A stretch of 64,000 nucleotides of DNA from Octopus vulgaris (GCA_951406725.2 OX597820.1:66712001-66776000), one strand, 5' to 3'. Shown: positions 49,375-62,760, counted from the first letter of the stretch. The notes: generated from the sequence alone by a model not told the origin. Made by a program: numbers and translations.

Positions 49375-49925
49375 GTGTTTCAATCATTAGACAGACTGTG
49401 GCCATGTCAGAACACTTGCTTTGAAGGGATTTCGGTCAAACAAATCGAACCCCAGTACTTACTGTTTTAAGACTGGTACTTATAAAAAAAAGCCTCTTTT
49501 GCCCAACTGCTTAGTTATGGGGATGTAAATAAACCAACACCAGTTGTCAAGCAACGGCAGTGGGTACAAATGCAAAACACGCATACACATATATTAACAA
49601 ATACATACATACATGCATGCATTTATACATATATATATATATATATATATATATGCATATACATACAAGATATATATGTATACATGCATATAGATTTATA
49701 TGCATATATATATATATATATAAATATACACACACATATAATGTATATACATAATACACACACACACACATATATATATATAGATGTACATACGACAGGC
49801 TTCCACACAATTTCCATCTACCAAATTCACTCGAAATAATTGTTTGATCTCCTTGCCACACAGTGGGACGGAACCTAAAACCACATGGCCACAAAGCAAG
49901 CTTCTTAAACACACAGCCATGCCTG
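49375..49925 (-). mobile_element. SINE family A with expanded internal microsatellite
   Basis: Tail at 49375-49570 and head at 49795-49925. Confidence 0.75.
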
Positions 49926-50024
49926 GGCCTAGAGTCTAGCCTGGTCCGAAAAAAAAAGAAAAAAAAAAGAGAAATGAAAAAAAAAAAACAGTTCAGAACA
50001 TAAATATATATACAAATAAAAATC

Positions 50025-50155
50025 AATAGCTGTAGAAACACTGCCACATCTGACTGGCCTGGTGCAGCCTTCGGGCTTCCCAGACCCCAGTTGAACCGTC
50101 CAACCCATGCTAGCATGGAAAGCGGACGTTAAACGATGATGATGATGATGATGAT
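50025..50155 (+). mobile_element. Family G 3' end with (GAT)n tail
   Basis: gctgtagaaacactgcc..ccgtccaacccatgctagcatggaaagcggacgttaaacgatgatgat. Confidence 0.8.
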
Positions 50156-50777
50156 CCCTGGGATGCAAAAATGTATTTCTGTAATCTGATTGGCCCCCCT
50201 CAAACAGTCCATCCAGTGGCAGAGTTGGGTTACAAGCAGGAACAGAACAACTGAACACTAAGATTTATACAGATTAAATATACTAGTAGCAGTCAAGTCA
50301 CAGGATATTAAAACCTGGTAAAACATCATAAATTATGGTCTTCCCTCATATTTGGTGGTTGCTAATTCATGCGAATGCAATATCAAACATGCTACGAAAG
50401 CAATATTTTGGAGTTGTAAATATAGTTATTTGTCAAAATACATTAAGGAATAGAATCCAGAAGCAAGCAGGTAGGCTAGCTCTGAGAAGACCTCTCAATA
50501 AAACTATTATTTTTATATGCACACATATACAAGAAGTCTGTTGTATATATATATGTGTGTGTCCTTTTTTCTGTGTTTGTCTCCCACAACCACTTGACAA
50601 CCACTGTCAGTTTGTTTACATCCTCATAATTTAGCTGTTCAGCAAAAAAGACTGACTGATAGAGTAAGATTCATTTGACTAAAAAAAATTTCAAGTTGTT
50701 GCTCCAGCATGGCTGCAGTCTAATGACTAAAACAAGACTAAAAGATATAGGTTTATATGTTTATTAGTATGTTTGTT

Positions 50778-51071
50778 CATACGAGCCATGCCTGGCTCAT
50801 AGGGTCAGTTTCCTGGTTTCCTTGGTGTATAGGTTCCCCACCTGGACGGGACGCCGGTCCGTCGCAGATGAGCTGCAAGATGCAGGAGGAAGGAGTGAGA
50901 GAAAGTTGTGGCAAAAGAGTCAGCAGAAGTTCACTATTACCTTCTGCCGGAACCACATGGAGCTTAGGTGTTTCACTCATAAACACACACATATCGCCCC
51001 GTCTGAGATTCGAACCCGCGTTCCCTCAACCGCAGGTCCGCTGCTCTAACCACTAGGCCATGTGCCTCCAC
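50778..51071 (-). mobile_element. SINE family F, tRNA-derived, CpG-rich (young)
   Basis: Minus-strand head gtggaggcacatggcctagtggttagagcagcggacc..gcgggttcgaatctc with intact A and B boxes. Confidence 0.85.
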
Positions 51072-51242
51072 TGTTTATTAGTATACTGTGTCTTTATTGG
51101 ATGCAGGCACAGCTTTGTTGTTGAGAAGGTGTCCCAACCATGTGTTTTCAGGTTCAGCCCCACCATGTGGCACTGTGAGCAAGTACCTTCTACCAAAGCC
51201 ACCAGTCTGACCAAACCTTTACACACACACACACATACACAT

Positions 51243-51388
51243 ACATGACAAGGAGCATCTTTGCATTGCCGTCTACCAAATCCATCCAAAAGACTTTAGT
51301 TGACCTGTACTGCAACAGGAGATATTTGTTTCAAATATCATACAGTGGAACGGAAACAATAGCCATAAAGTTTGGTAGAGAATTTACT

Positions 51389-51419
<31 letters not shown>

Positions 51420-51600
51420 ACTCACACACACATTTACATGACAAGGAGCATCTTTGATTTGCCATCTACCAAATCCGTTCACAAGACTTTAGTTGACCTG
51501 TAGAAGATATTAGTCCAAAATATCATACAGTGGAATGAAAACAATAGCTAAAATGTTAGCTAGAGAGAACTTACACACACACACACACACACACATATGA
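51243..51600. repeat. Direct duplication (about 190 bp) of a degenerate SINE A segment
   Basis: acatgacaaggagcatctttg..tctaccaaatcc..gactttagttgacctgta..aatatcatacagtggaa at about 51243 and 51436. Confidence 0.85.
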
Positions 51601-51869
51601 GTGTGTGTTTGTGTGTGTATATGTGTGTGTTTTATGTTTACATTTACATTTCATTGCTTGGTCCCAGGCAGTGATAGTGGTGTCATTTCCCATGTCAAAG
51701 GGTCATTTGCTTGCTTTGCACCTTCAAAGACATGGAATATGATACCCCTTGCTAGGAAAACATGTAAGGGTTAGTGATGGGAAAGGCATTATCATAATGG
51801 CTTGGTATATTAATTTATCCCATGCTAGTATGGAAAATAATATGCAAAAGCAAATGTGTATATATGTGT

Positions 51870-52388
51870 GCGTGTGGTAAGAAGCTTGCTTCCCAACCAC
51901 ATGGTTTCAGGTTCAGTCCTACTGCATAGCACCTTGGGTAAGTGTCTTCTACTATAGTTTCAGGCCAACTAAGGCCTTGTGAGTGAATTTGGTTGATGGA
52001 AACTGAAAGAAGCCTGTTGTATATGTGTGTATTTGTGTGTCTATGTATGTCCCCCCTGCCATCACTTGACAACTAATGTTGGTGTGTTTACATCCCTGAA
52101 ACTTAGCAGTTCCAAAAAAAGAGAACTGATAGAATAAGTACTAGGCTTACAAAGAATAAGTCCTGTGGTCAATTTGTTCAACTAAAGGAACTGCTCCAGC
52201 ATGGCTCCAGTCAAATGACTAAAAACGAGTAAAAGAATAAAAGAAATTAGCAGTTCGGCAAAAGTGACCGATAGAATAAGTACCAGGCTTACAAAGAATA
52301 AGTCATGGGGTTGGTTTCTTCGACTGAAAGGTGGTGCTCCGGCATGGCCACAGTCGAAATGACTGAAACAAGTAATAGAATAAAAGAA
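51870..52388 (+). mobile_element. SINE family A with tandemly duplicated 3' tail
   Basis: Tail ttagcagttc..aaagaataaaag occurs at about 52102-52245 and again at 52247-52388. Confidence 0.88.
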
Positions 52389-52489
52389 TATGTTACTGTT
52401 TATATCCTTTCTTTCTCTATTCCTCTCTCTCTCTCTCTGGAATCCACACTGTCCATTTCCATTCAGTTCTAATGTCCAACCGTTTTAGC

Positions 52490-53420
52490 CTCTTATGTGT
52501 TCGGCTCAACCAATAGGGCTGTGCTTCGACTATGGCAGTGGCAGTAACTTCGGTTGGTCGGGGTGAGCGAAGAGATCTAACTAGAAGCGAAGGCATGTAT
52601 GGCGGTGGGACAGAGATGAGGGTGTGGAGGCGGGTGTGGGTGGGTTTTGGTGTTAATAAATATAAGTGTCACAACCATAGCGACAATGATGAATGGTCTG
52701 CAATTTTAAAAGCAGCTTGTAAGAGAGAAGATTATCCTTGGCTCCATGGTGAGACGGGAAGAATGGGAAAAGTTCACCCCTCTCTCTCTCTCTCATCTTT
52801 CTCTTTCCCCTCTATTCTACTTTCTGGCTCCCTCACTCGTGCTCTCTGTCTCTCTTTCTTTCCTGATTTCTCTCTCTCTCTTCCCCTCTCTTCCCCTTTC
52901 TCTCTTTTCTATTTTCTGTCTCCCTCTCTTTCTCTCTCTATCCCACTTTCTTTCTTGTGTTCTCTCTCTCTTTCTTGCACACTCTCTGTTTCTCTCCCCC
53001 CTCTCTCTCTATTCTACTTTCTGTCTCCCTCTCTATCGCACTCTCCTCTCTCCACTGCTTTCTCTCTCTCTCTCTCCCTCACTCCCTCTCTCCCCTCCCC
53101 CTCATCCCCTCCTTCTCTTGCCCCGCCACCACCACCAACCCTCTCCCCAAGAACCAGGTGTTGTGTAACTGTGTGTAACTCCCCTGCATCCCTGCAACAC
53201 ACTGCGTTCCTTCGTTCCTTTTCCTTAATTGTGGTCTTTCATTAGATTTCTCTCATGGTTAATGTCTTACAAACACACCTGTCACTCAGCAGATTATTTC
53301 AGTTCTGTCCAATCGAGGGGGCGGGGGGGAGGGGTTACAATCAACACTTGGCTAGCTGTTGTCCTCCTACTTCCTAGTAGACATTACATAGCTGGCAACC
53401 CTCCACCCCCACCCCCACTG
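52490..53420. promoter_or_regulatory. Candidate promoter region
   Basis: Local CpG excess; CCAAT at about 52510 and 53309; KLF/Sp-type gggtgtggaggcgggtgtggg at about 52620 and ggggcgggg at about 53318, flanking a CT tract. Confidence 0.3.
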
Positions 53421-53679
53421 ACCACAATCAACACCACCACCACCACCATCAGAGCTGCTCTCTATGTTAATCACGAATTATACATGTGGCGATGTTTTCC
53501 CATGCAATATAGAAATGGACACATGCGTGTTCATATATGAAGTACAGAATATACACACACACACATGCACATGTACACACTTATACTCACATATACACAT
53601 TTATGTATATAAAGAATACTGGCATGGAATTGCTTCAGCTGCACTCACATGCATGCAGACACTGAGGCGTGCATAGTCA

Positions 53680-54110
53680 TCATCATCATCATCATCATCA
53701 TTTAATGTCCATCTTCCATGCATGCATGGGTTGGATGGTTTGACAGGAGCCAGCCAGACAGAAGACTGCACCAGGCTTCCGTGTCTGTTTTGGCAGGGTT
53801 TTTATGGCTGGGTGCACTTCTCAACACCAACCACCCTGCAGATTAGACTCAGTGTTTTATACATGGTACCAGCACAGGTGAGGTCAGTTTTGGTATTGTT
53901 TTTACACCTGGATATACTTCCTAACACTAACCACCACACAAGGTGGACTGAGTCCTTTTTACATAGCACCAGCACAGGTGAGGTCAGTTTTGGCATGGCT
54001 TTTACAGCTGGGTACCCTTCCTATCATCAACCACCTGAGTGCTTTTTACACAGCACCAGCACAGACAAAGTCGGTTTCGGAATGGTTTTTACAGCCTGAT
54101 GCCCTTCCTT
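53680..54110 (-). mobile_element. Family G element with three internal repeats of about 90 bp
   Basis: (CAT)n-ttaatgtccatcttccatg..; ttacatggtaccagcacaggtgaggtcagttttgg and its variants repeated. Confidence 0.8.
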
Positions 54111-54254
54111 ATAACAAGCAAACCCAGCAGAATAGCAGTCAAAAATGTAAAAAAACACAAGTAGCTGGGATGCTAGTTTTTTAGTATTAAACTGAAGATT
54201 GTCCAATAGGTAGATTTACATTGATCAGTATTGACAAATTTTGGGGCAAATTAT

Positions 54255-54470
54255 CATCATTATCATTTTGATGTCCACTTCTCCATGCTTACATGAGTCC
54301 GATGGAGGTTGTTGAGCCAAGATTTTCTACAGCCTGATGGCCTTCCTGTTGCCAATTCTCACCCGTTTCCAAGTAAGGTAATATTTCCTCTTTGGCTGGA
54401 CATGGTTTCCCAGAAGACTGGAGATGAAGGTTACTTGCATACCTCTGCACACGCTGTCAAGACAAGGAGA
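54255..54470 (-). mobile_element. Family G-related repeat
   Basis: Matches 29620-29840. Confidence 0.75.
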
Positions 54471-54803
54471 CATCTGTACACATGCACACACAAACACATA
54501 TGCACACACAAACACATATGCACACATACACACATGCACACATTAAATACGGGAGCTTCCATTTTGTGAAAGTATGACTATTGTAAGGGTGGTCAACCAG
54601 AACACACACACTCACCACCACACACACACTCACCACCACACACACTCCAGAATCACTACAGCCACTGACAAAACTAATAGAACATCTAACACTACTACCC
54701 AAACTGCACCTAATACCAATACTACTGCTACATTGACTACTGCCATAACAATCACCATTACCAAAACCTCAACCAACAGTCATATACAAACCTCTGTGTG
54801 TGT

Positions 54804-54993
54804 TCTCTTTTACTTGTTTCAGTCATTTTGACTGTGGCCATGCTGGAGCACCGCCTTTTTGTCGAACAAATCGACCCCAGTACTTATTCTTTAGGAGCCT
54901 AGTACTTATTCTATCGGTCTCTTTTGCTGAACCGCAAAGTTACAGGGACGTGAACACACCAGCATCAGTTGTCAAACGATGCTGGAGGGACAA

Positions 54994-55026
<33 letters not shown>

Positions 55027-55191
55027 CACGACGGGCTTCATTCAGTTTCTGTCTACCAAATCCACTCACAAGGCTTTGGTCGACCCGAGGCTATAGTAGA
55101 AGACACTTGCCAAGGTGCCACACAACGGGACTGAACCCAGAACCATGTAGTTCGTAAGCAAGCTACTTACCACACAGTCACTCCTATGCCT
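54804..55191 (-). mobile_element. SINE family A, full length
   Basis: Complete reverse-complement copy. Confidence 0.92.
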
Positions 55192-55384
55192 AGTTTGTAT
55201 ATATAATTTATCTCATTGTGTCTTCAACAGAAAAATCCACATCAAGTACCTTGCAAACTAAATACAAAAATGAAGTGTGTGTATATATATATATATACAC
55301 ACACACACTCATATATATAAAATGATGATGATACACATAGCTATATACTTCTATATATATATATATATATATCTACTTACATAG

Positions 55385-55435
<51 letters not shown>

Positions 55436-55475
55436 CATACATACATATCTATATATATATATACATACATACACA

Positions 55476-55512
<37 letters not shown>

Positions 55513-57149
55513 GCATGCATACATCTATGTGTGTGTGTATACATATATGCATACATATGCATGTGTGTGTGTGTGTAGGTTGTCTATCCACTCCATGCCA
55601 CACTGAGGGGATAATAAGTAACTGAGCCTCTTAAGAACAATCAAGAAATCAATCATAATTTTAAAGAAATAGATAATCCTTTATAATAATTGATCTCAAA
55701 TTTTACATTGTCTTAACAATTTCTGCACATACTTAGTACATACACGTGTGCTGCATGTGTGGATATATGCGAGTGTATGTATGTATGCCTGTGCGTTTGT
55801 ATCTGCGTAAACATACACACACACTTACATACACATGCACACGTATATACATGTCTTTGTCATCATTGCCAACATCATTGACAGCAGTGGTAACTGCATT
55901 GTTCATGAATAAGTAAAGGAAGAAATAAAATGATTGATTGTTGAATCTAATGTCGGTCATACAAGCCGTGGTAACGGTGGCAGTGATGGTGGTGGAGGCT
56001 TTTATCCCCGGTTAACAACGATCAAGCAGACCTTTGATTAGAGCCTTCCCGCCATGACTCATACGCCTCTAAGATTATGCAGGACTATACTTATCTGATG
56101 TGCCCCGACTATTTTTAGATATGGGATTTGAAAGACTTTTGGTTATTAACATTGCTTTCCCTCTTCTGCTGCTTCCTCTGGCTGCTACCTTCTGCTTTTC
56201 CTTACCCTTGTCATCTTTAATCCTGCATCCCCTCTTATTGTTAAAGATCTTCTAACCATGACTATTTTGTTTCCATTCATAGTATATCTAAGACTTTTCA
56301 TTTTTGTGGGGGGGGTTTCTTTAACATTTGAGGATGTGATTTGAGGAAGATTCGACTGTTTTTTCTTGCAGGCCTAGTTACCACCTAGCTCAATGGCAGA
56401 GGTGATAGACAGATAGGTGGATGTTACATACCCATCAATCAAACTTCCTCAGTCCTGGTGTGAGAAACTTAAAGAATAAAGAAAAAAAAACAAGAAAATT
56501 TCAGATAGACTAAAGAGATAAAATGGAATTAGATGGTCTAGTTTTTTTTTTTTTCCTGTCTTTTCTTCTTTTTTTTTTTTTAAGGGATTTTTTTCCCCTC
56601 CATCCATCAATTGATAGAATTGAAATGTATCATCCATTAATGCTTACAGAAATTGAAGAAGGTGATTGGAGATTTTCTCTTCATATCAGCTAAGAAACTC
56701 CAGTGGGTTGCTATAAATGAAATTTGGAATCGAGGGACACCTCAGAAACCAACTATTCTTGCCTTATATTTGTTGGGGGTTTTTTTGTTTCTTTTTTTTC
56801 TTGTAAGGAAAGAAATGGTTTTTTCTAGTTTTATTTATTTTTTTTTTTTTACTTTTTCTCATTAACCCTTTCTTTGTATGTAGTGATCTTACATGGCCAG
56901 AACTGTTATGACTTGTGATATATTAAGAGGTTTTATACGTGGGGGATACAGTTTTTTTAAAACTAGTTATTGGATCATAGAATTGTTGTACAGGTGATAT
57001 GAAGTTTGTATGTGTCTGTGTATATATATAAAGGATTTATAGGACTGCAAAAAAAAGTGTTTAGAAAACAAACATCAAATTCGGATTAACGACTTTATAT
57101 AACACCACGCTTCCATACATTTCATCATATATAAACATTGCCATGGCCT

Positions 57150-57330
57150 TCAACATACAAAAGGAATACATATATAAAAGCACAGAAGGTAAAAAGTATA
57201 TATGCACATAAAAATACGAAATATATAGAAAGGCCTATTGAGGAAAGGTATATACAAATTGACTAAAACAAGTAATCAAAATGAATTACTAAAGCATGTC
57301 AAGCGACTAAAAAGACTAAAAAATATCAAT
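57150..57330 (+). pseudogene. Possible Penelope-like GIY-YIG endonuclease remnant
   Basis: Frameshifted pieces YIYKSTEGKKYI / TKYI / GLLRKGIYK / NQNELLKHVKRLK resemble the PLE pattern VIY..YIG.T...K.R.Y.H..T.LS.H.W.LK. Confidence 0.4.
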
Positions 57331-57394
57331 TGCCAAAAAAAATTTTTTTACTCCCCTCAATTAAAAATATATCAAAATACATACATACATACAT

Positions 57395-57550
57395 ATGATG
57401 GGCTTCTTTCAGTTTCCGCCTTCCAAATCCATTCAGAAGGCTTTGGTCGGCCTGAGACTATAACAGGAGGCACTTGCCCAAGGTGCCATGCAGTGGGACT
57501 GAATTTGGAACTATGTGGTTGGGAGGCAAGCTTCTTACCACACAGCCATG
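57395..57550 (-). mobile_element. SINE family A, 5' half
   Basis: gggcttctttcagtttccgcc..gcacttgcccaaggtgccatgcagtggg..ccacacagccatg. Confidence 0.85.
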
Positions 57551-57686
57551 TGTATATATAAAGGTGGCAAGTTGGTAGAATTGGTTAGCATGCTGGGCGA
57601 ATATGCTTAGATGCTTATCTTGCCTTTCATCCATCTTTACATTTCAATATATGTATGTATGTATGTATTTATGTATGTATGTGTAA

Positions 57687-57727
<41 letters not shown>

Positions 57728-57799
57728 AATATATATATATACATACATACATGCATACGTACATACATATACATGTATGTATATATTTGTGTGTATCTG

Positions 57800-58005
57800 T
57801 CTTTGTGTGTCCCATTACTTGACAACCAATGCTGGTGTGTTCAGGTCCCCATGCCTTAGCAGTTCAGCAAAAGAGACTGATAAAATAAGTACTAGGCTTA
57901 CAAAGAATAAGTACTGTGGGTCAATTACTTCGACTAAAAAACCCTTTAAGGCAGTGCTCCAGCATGGCCCCAATCAAATGACTGAAGCAAGTAAAAGAAT
58001 AAAAG
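57800..58005 (+). mobile_element. SINE family A, 3' half
   Basis: cttgacaaccaatgctggtgtgtt..aagtactaggcttacaaagaataag..ctccagcatggcc. Confidence 0.85.
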
Positions 58006-58175
58006 GATACATGTGCAACATGGTGCTGGAAAGTCTCTGGCTTTGGGTAAAAGAAAATACAGGATGTTCAGTGTTTGTGTCTTCCATCTTGGATGTTTGC
58101 ATGTTAGCCATAAGCAAAATCACCACTCGTTATAAACGGTATTATTTAGTTGCAGTCTTCCGTGGAAACATCAAA

Positions 58176-58227
58176 GCCATTGAGCTGTTGCCTTGCCATT
58201 GAGCTGTTGCCTTGCCATTGAGCTGTT
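58176..58227. repeat. 19-bp tandem repeat (about 2.7 copies)
   Basis: gccattgagctgttgcctt repeated. Confidence 0.9.
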
Positions 58228-58453
58228 TATTGATTGAAGGACCAGGGGAAATCTTACATCGCTTAGAAGCAGGTGAAGAAAAACGGTGTCCAGAAGACCA
58301 ACTGGCCATAACAAAAAAAAAATATTTTTTTTAAACCTGCCTTAACAAGTTTTGTCCAACCCATGGAAGCATGAAAAAGTGGATGTTAAAAAGAACCCTC
58401 ACAACAACAATATGGCAACCAACACTGATAATGATGAAGACAATGGTACAGGC

Positions 58454-58948
58454 CAGGCATGGGCAACCTTCTTTAAGAAGTCAGTTGCACGAGAGCTAGA
58501 TCATCATCATCATCGTCGTCATCATCATAAAAACAAAGAAATTGTATCTTTTATCTTGTTTCAGTCATTAGACAGTGGTCATGCTAGGGCACCACGTTGA
58601 GGAACTTCTGTTCTCACTAAGCTTAGTACTTATTCTATTGGTCTCTTTTGCCAAACTGGTAAGTTATGGGGACAAAAACACACCAACACCGGTTGTTGTC
58701 AAGTGGTCATGGGGGACAAACACGAACACAAAGACATACACATATACACTGGGCTTCTCTCAGTTTCCATCCTCCAAATCCACTCACAAGGCTTTGGTCA
58801 TCCCAAAGCCATATTACAAGAGACGCCGACCCAAGGTGCCACGCAGTGGAAGTGAACCTGGAACCATGTGGTTGGGAAGCAAACATGGTTCCGGTTAATA
58901 TTTCATTAAGCGAACCATTTAGAAAGTCCCACAGGTTGCCCATGACTG
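58454..58948. mobile_element. hAT-type MITE containing a nested SINE A (about 58548-58885, minus)
   Basis: TIRs caggcatgggcaacct / aggttgcccatgactg; 8-bp flanks gtacaggc / atataggt differ only by transitions. Confidence 0.8.
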
Positions 58949-59419
58949 ATATAGGTCAACTGGTAAAGTCCTTCAAACATGGCATAGAATGCTTTTGAAC
59001 TTTGCATTCTTGGGTTCAAATCTCATCAAAGTTAACTTTGCCTTTTATCTTTCCATTGTGAAGTGGGTCAATAAATTAACTACTGGGGTAATAACATAGA
59101 TTGGGAGTGGGTGGACAAAGGGTGGCAGTTTGTTAGGTGGGGGTAACACTTTTGTGCTTGCTGTATAAACCTATATAAGGTTTGAAGGCCTAGGGTGGCA
59201 TGGAGGTGTGGAAAACTGAAGGGCTGCCCCAGGAGGCACATATTCTAGGTACACCACTATACTTCCTCTTTCTCTCTTTCTCTCTCTCTCTCTCTCTCAG
59301 CCATCATAGATAAAATAATTGGTGTAAATTAGTCATCTGGCACCACCATCACCACCCTCATTTAACACCTCCCTGGTACTTCTCTCACTACCCCTTCCCA
59401 TTCCTTTCCCCTACATTGA

Positions 59420-59462
<43 letters not shown>

Positions 59463-59974
59463 CTCTTGTCCCCTCATAATGACCTCGTCTTCCTTAATAA
59501 GTTACATCATCAACCTTATATAAACACACACCTAATATGACCACTTCGTTATTGACTGCACCAAACTACACACCTCCGCTCTCCTCTTACCACACCCCGC
59601 ACCTTCCTCACATCACACCTGGGCTTTGTTTTTGTTTTTATATTTTTTCTTTGTTATTTCACAGTTTTCCTTTATACCTAATTCTTTCTCCTGACACCAC
59701 TCCCATTTTTTTTCTCACCTGGAAATCTTTCATATATGCTTCACCACCACAGCCATTACCACAAGTTACCATAGCAACAACCATCCACACCCCTCCCTAT
59801 CTGTTACTACTATCTCCACCACACTATCAATGGCACTATATCCATACTATAGCATCACCACTGCCATACTACATCATTCATCTAGCACCACTGCCACCAT
59901 TACCACCAGTTTAGGAGAAACCACCACCTCTGGATGTACTTTCACCACAGCTATCAAATGAGTTATACAGACAT

Positions 59975-60135
59975 GAGAGAAATAGCAGCCAAATCTCCCT
60001 GAGGTCACACCTCACCTCTATCGTCCTAAATAGAAAAGGATATGTTAGAAAGGGGACTAAATATGAACTGATAACATCTGGAAAGTCTTTGATCATTGTC
60101 CAGCTCAGTCAGAGCTGACCTTGGGATGAACAACA
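59975..60135 (-). mobile_element. Old interspersed repeat, family H
   Basis: agaaatagcagccaaatctccctgaggtcacacc..ggaaagtctttgatca..agctgaccttggg..aacaac. Confidence 0.6.
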
Positions 60136-60178
60136 GCAGCCAGTGCTAGTTACACATCCAGCTGACTGCCTTATGTGT

Positions 60179-60210
<32 letters not shown>

Positions 60211-60627
60211 TCCTCTTTTCCCTTGTATTTATCATGTAAATATTGGTATATCATTATTTCACTATAAATGTGTATATATTGCCAGTCAGCCTCACTACAA
60301 CCTGTTTGGTGAGCTGGTCTCATTTACAGGTGTGAGTGTGTGTGTGTCTGTGTGTATGTGTGTGTCAATTCTTAATAATCCTTAACAGACATTAAATGAT
60401 GATGATGGTGATGATGCCTTCCACACACATGCAAACGAACACACATTTACCTCAGTCCCATACATACCCACAGTCGACCTTGCTATAGTCTGTAAGGTGA
60501 TGTGCCGGCTCAAATGTATGTATATTATATATATACACGCACAGACACATATATGTCTGTATAATATATATAGTTACTGGTCCACCTAATGTTGACTATG
60601 TCTGAGTTGACATTTAAAATCTTACCT

Positions 60628-60734
60628 ATTTAAAATTTTAGCTGATGATGGTGGATTATATATTTATGATGTAATCTTTTATAACTGCCTTAAACAAATA
60701 AAATTCTACCAAAACGGTTAGCATAAATTTTAAA
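60628..60734 (+). ncRNA. Degenerate type I hammerhead ribozyme motif (Penelope-like relic)
   Basis: tttaaaattttag-CTGATGA-tggtggatt..aattctacc-aaaac(ggtta)-gcataaattttaaa: stems I and II visible; GAAA box reads AAAA, consistent with CpG decay. Confidence 0.5.
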
Positions 60735-60749
60735 CATCATCCAAGTTTA

Positions 60750-60787
<38 letters not shown>

Positions 60788-61187
60788 CATACTATATCCC
60801 AAAACGGGCTTTTCTCATGTGGGCCAGAAAAATACTTAATCATCCATCAAATGTACATTTACTCTCTTCACAAAACTCTGGTATGATACACAAAGGCATA
60901 TTTCTTGCACCCTAGGGATGGTGCTGCAGCTATACTTACAGGTATCTTGGTCAGCTTTCACAAGAAAAATTGCCACTTGAGTAACTAGAATAAAGTTCCT
61001 ACCAAACCTACCAAAACATCAGACTGAGCGAGAGCTTGAAGACCAAAACTTCAGAATCATTGTTACCCCTCTTCTTGTTAAGGCATAAGTGTTTACTCTG
61101 CAAAATGCATATTCAATAATTCTTCAATCTAATCTTAGATTGTTTTTATTATAACTTGACATAAAAACAAACATTAACTTACTGTGT

Positions 61188-61595
61188 AAGCTTGCTTTAA
61201 GATGGCAAGATGGCTTCAAGATGGCAAGCTGGTTTTTAATATGGCAAGCTGACTTTAATATGGCAAGATGGTTTTAAGATAGCAAGCTGGCTTTAATATG
61301 GCAAGCTGGTTTTAATATGGCAAGATGGCTTTAAGATGGCAAGCTGGCTTTAAGATGGCAAGCTGGCTTTAAGATGGCAAGCTGGCTTTAAGATGACAAG
61401 CTGGTTTTAAGATAGCAAGCTGGCTTTAATATGGCAAGATGGTTTTAATATGGCAAGCTGGCTTTAAGATGGCAAGCTGGCTTCAAGATGGCAAGCTGAC
61501 TTTAATATGGCAAACTGGTTTTAAGATAGCAAGCTGGCTTTAATATGGCAAGCTGGTTTTAAGATGGCAAGTTGGCTTCAAGATGGCAAGCTGGC
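61188..61595 (+). repeat. 19-bp minisatellite (about 21 copies) continuous with a SINE B head
   Basis: Unit aagctggctttaagatggc; the last unit runs into aagatggcaagctggcagaatcat. Confidence 0.95.
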
Positions 61596-61795
61596 AGAAT
61601 CATCAGTGCGTCAGACAAAATGCTTAGCATTTCTTCCAGCCCTTTATGTTCTGAGGCCAATTTTGTCATTCTTCCTTTTGGGGTCAATAAAATAAATTAC
61701 CAACCAAGTACTAGAGTTGATGTAATCGGCCTGCCACCTCCACCCTACCCCACCCCCTTCTCAAAATTGTTGATCTTGTGTCAAAATTTGAAACT
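61580..61795 (+). mobile_element. SINE family B
   Basis: gctggcagaatcatcag..aaaatgcttagc..ccttttggggtcaataaaataa..gatgtaatcg..tgtgtcaaaatttgaaac. Confidence 0.85.
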
Positions 61796-62430
61796 CTTTG
61801 GTGAGCTGGCTTGGATATCTGTACATAGCCTGCATGAGTTCTGTAATTTACCTCTAGTCAACTTCACGACCACCTGTTAGACACATGAAGTGATCAGGAT
61901 ATCAGTTCTCTTTCTCCCTCTCTCCCTCTCTTCCTCCCTCCCTCTCTAAATATCTATATATATGTCTGTGTGTATGTATGTATGTATACCCGTACTACTT
62001 CCCAATTTTGTGTATAACCTGCTGTTTTTTGGTACACACTGTAGCTTCAACTGTCCCAGCTAAGACAGGACACAGTTGTTGGTGGTAGGGTAAAGTAAAC
62101 AATGTTGGTGGTGGTGATGATGGTGATGGTGATGGTGGTGGTGGTGGTGGTGGTGGTGACGGTGGTAGCATGTTTGCTAATGTGTGTGCATAAACAAGGA
62201 GAGAAACAGAAAGACAGACAGTGAGTGTGTCTTGTGTGTGTGTGTGTTTAATGTAATGTATCTTTTTGTGTGGATACTTGGATTGTGGCTTTTATTCACC
62301 CTCTCTATATTTTGTGTGTATATCTTGTGTATATAATTGTGTGTGTGTATATATTTTTGTCCTGCCAGTATTTACGCATCGTGTGTACTTATGTAATATT
62401 TGCAGTCCTCCATGTTTATTTCTTTTGTTC

Positions 62431-62760
62431 CTTTACTTGTTTCAGTCATTTGACTGTAGCCATGCTGGAGCACCACCTTTAGTCGAGCAAATCACCCCCA
62501 GGACTTATCCTTTGTAAATCCAGTACTTATTCTATCGGTCTCCTTTTTTCTGAACTGCTAGGTTATAGGGATGTAAACACACCAACACCGGTTGTCAAGC
62601 AATGATGGGAGGACAAACACAGACACACATATACAACGGGCTTCTTTCAGTTTCCGTCTACCAAATCCACTCGTAAGGCTTAAGGCTTTGGTCAGCCCGA
62701 GACTATAATAGAAGACATGTGCCCAAGGTGCCATGCAGTGGGACTGAACCCAGAACCATA
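62431..62760 (-). mobile_element. SINE family A, 5'-clipped
   Basis: tttacttgtttcagtcatttgactg..gggactgaacccagaacca. Confidence 0.9.

Noticed and set aside
50995-51071. tRNA gene
   Set aside because: A and B boxes are present but there is no proper acceptor stem, and it continues into a SINE body
52532-53245. 237-aa ORF
   Set aside because: Mostly a CT tract; the N-terminal part has no recognisable domain or splice support
61188-61595. CRISPR-like appearance
   Set aside because: Head-to-tail units without spacers, eukaryotic context, no cas genes
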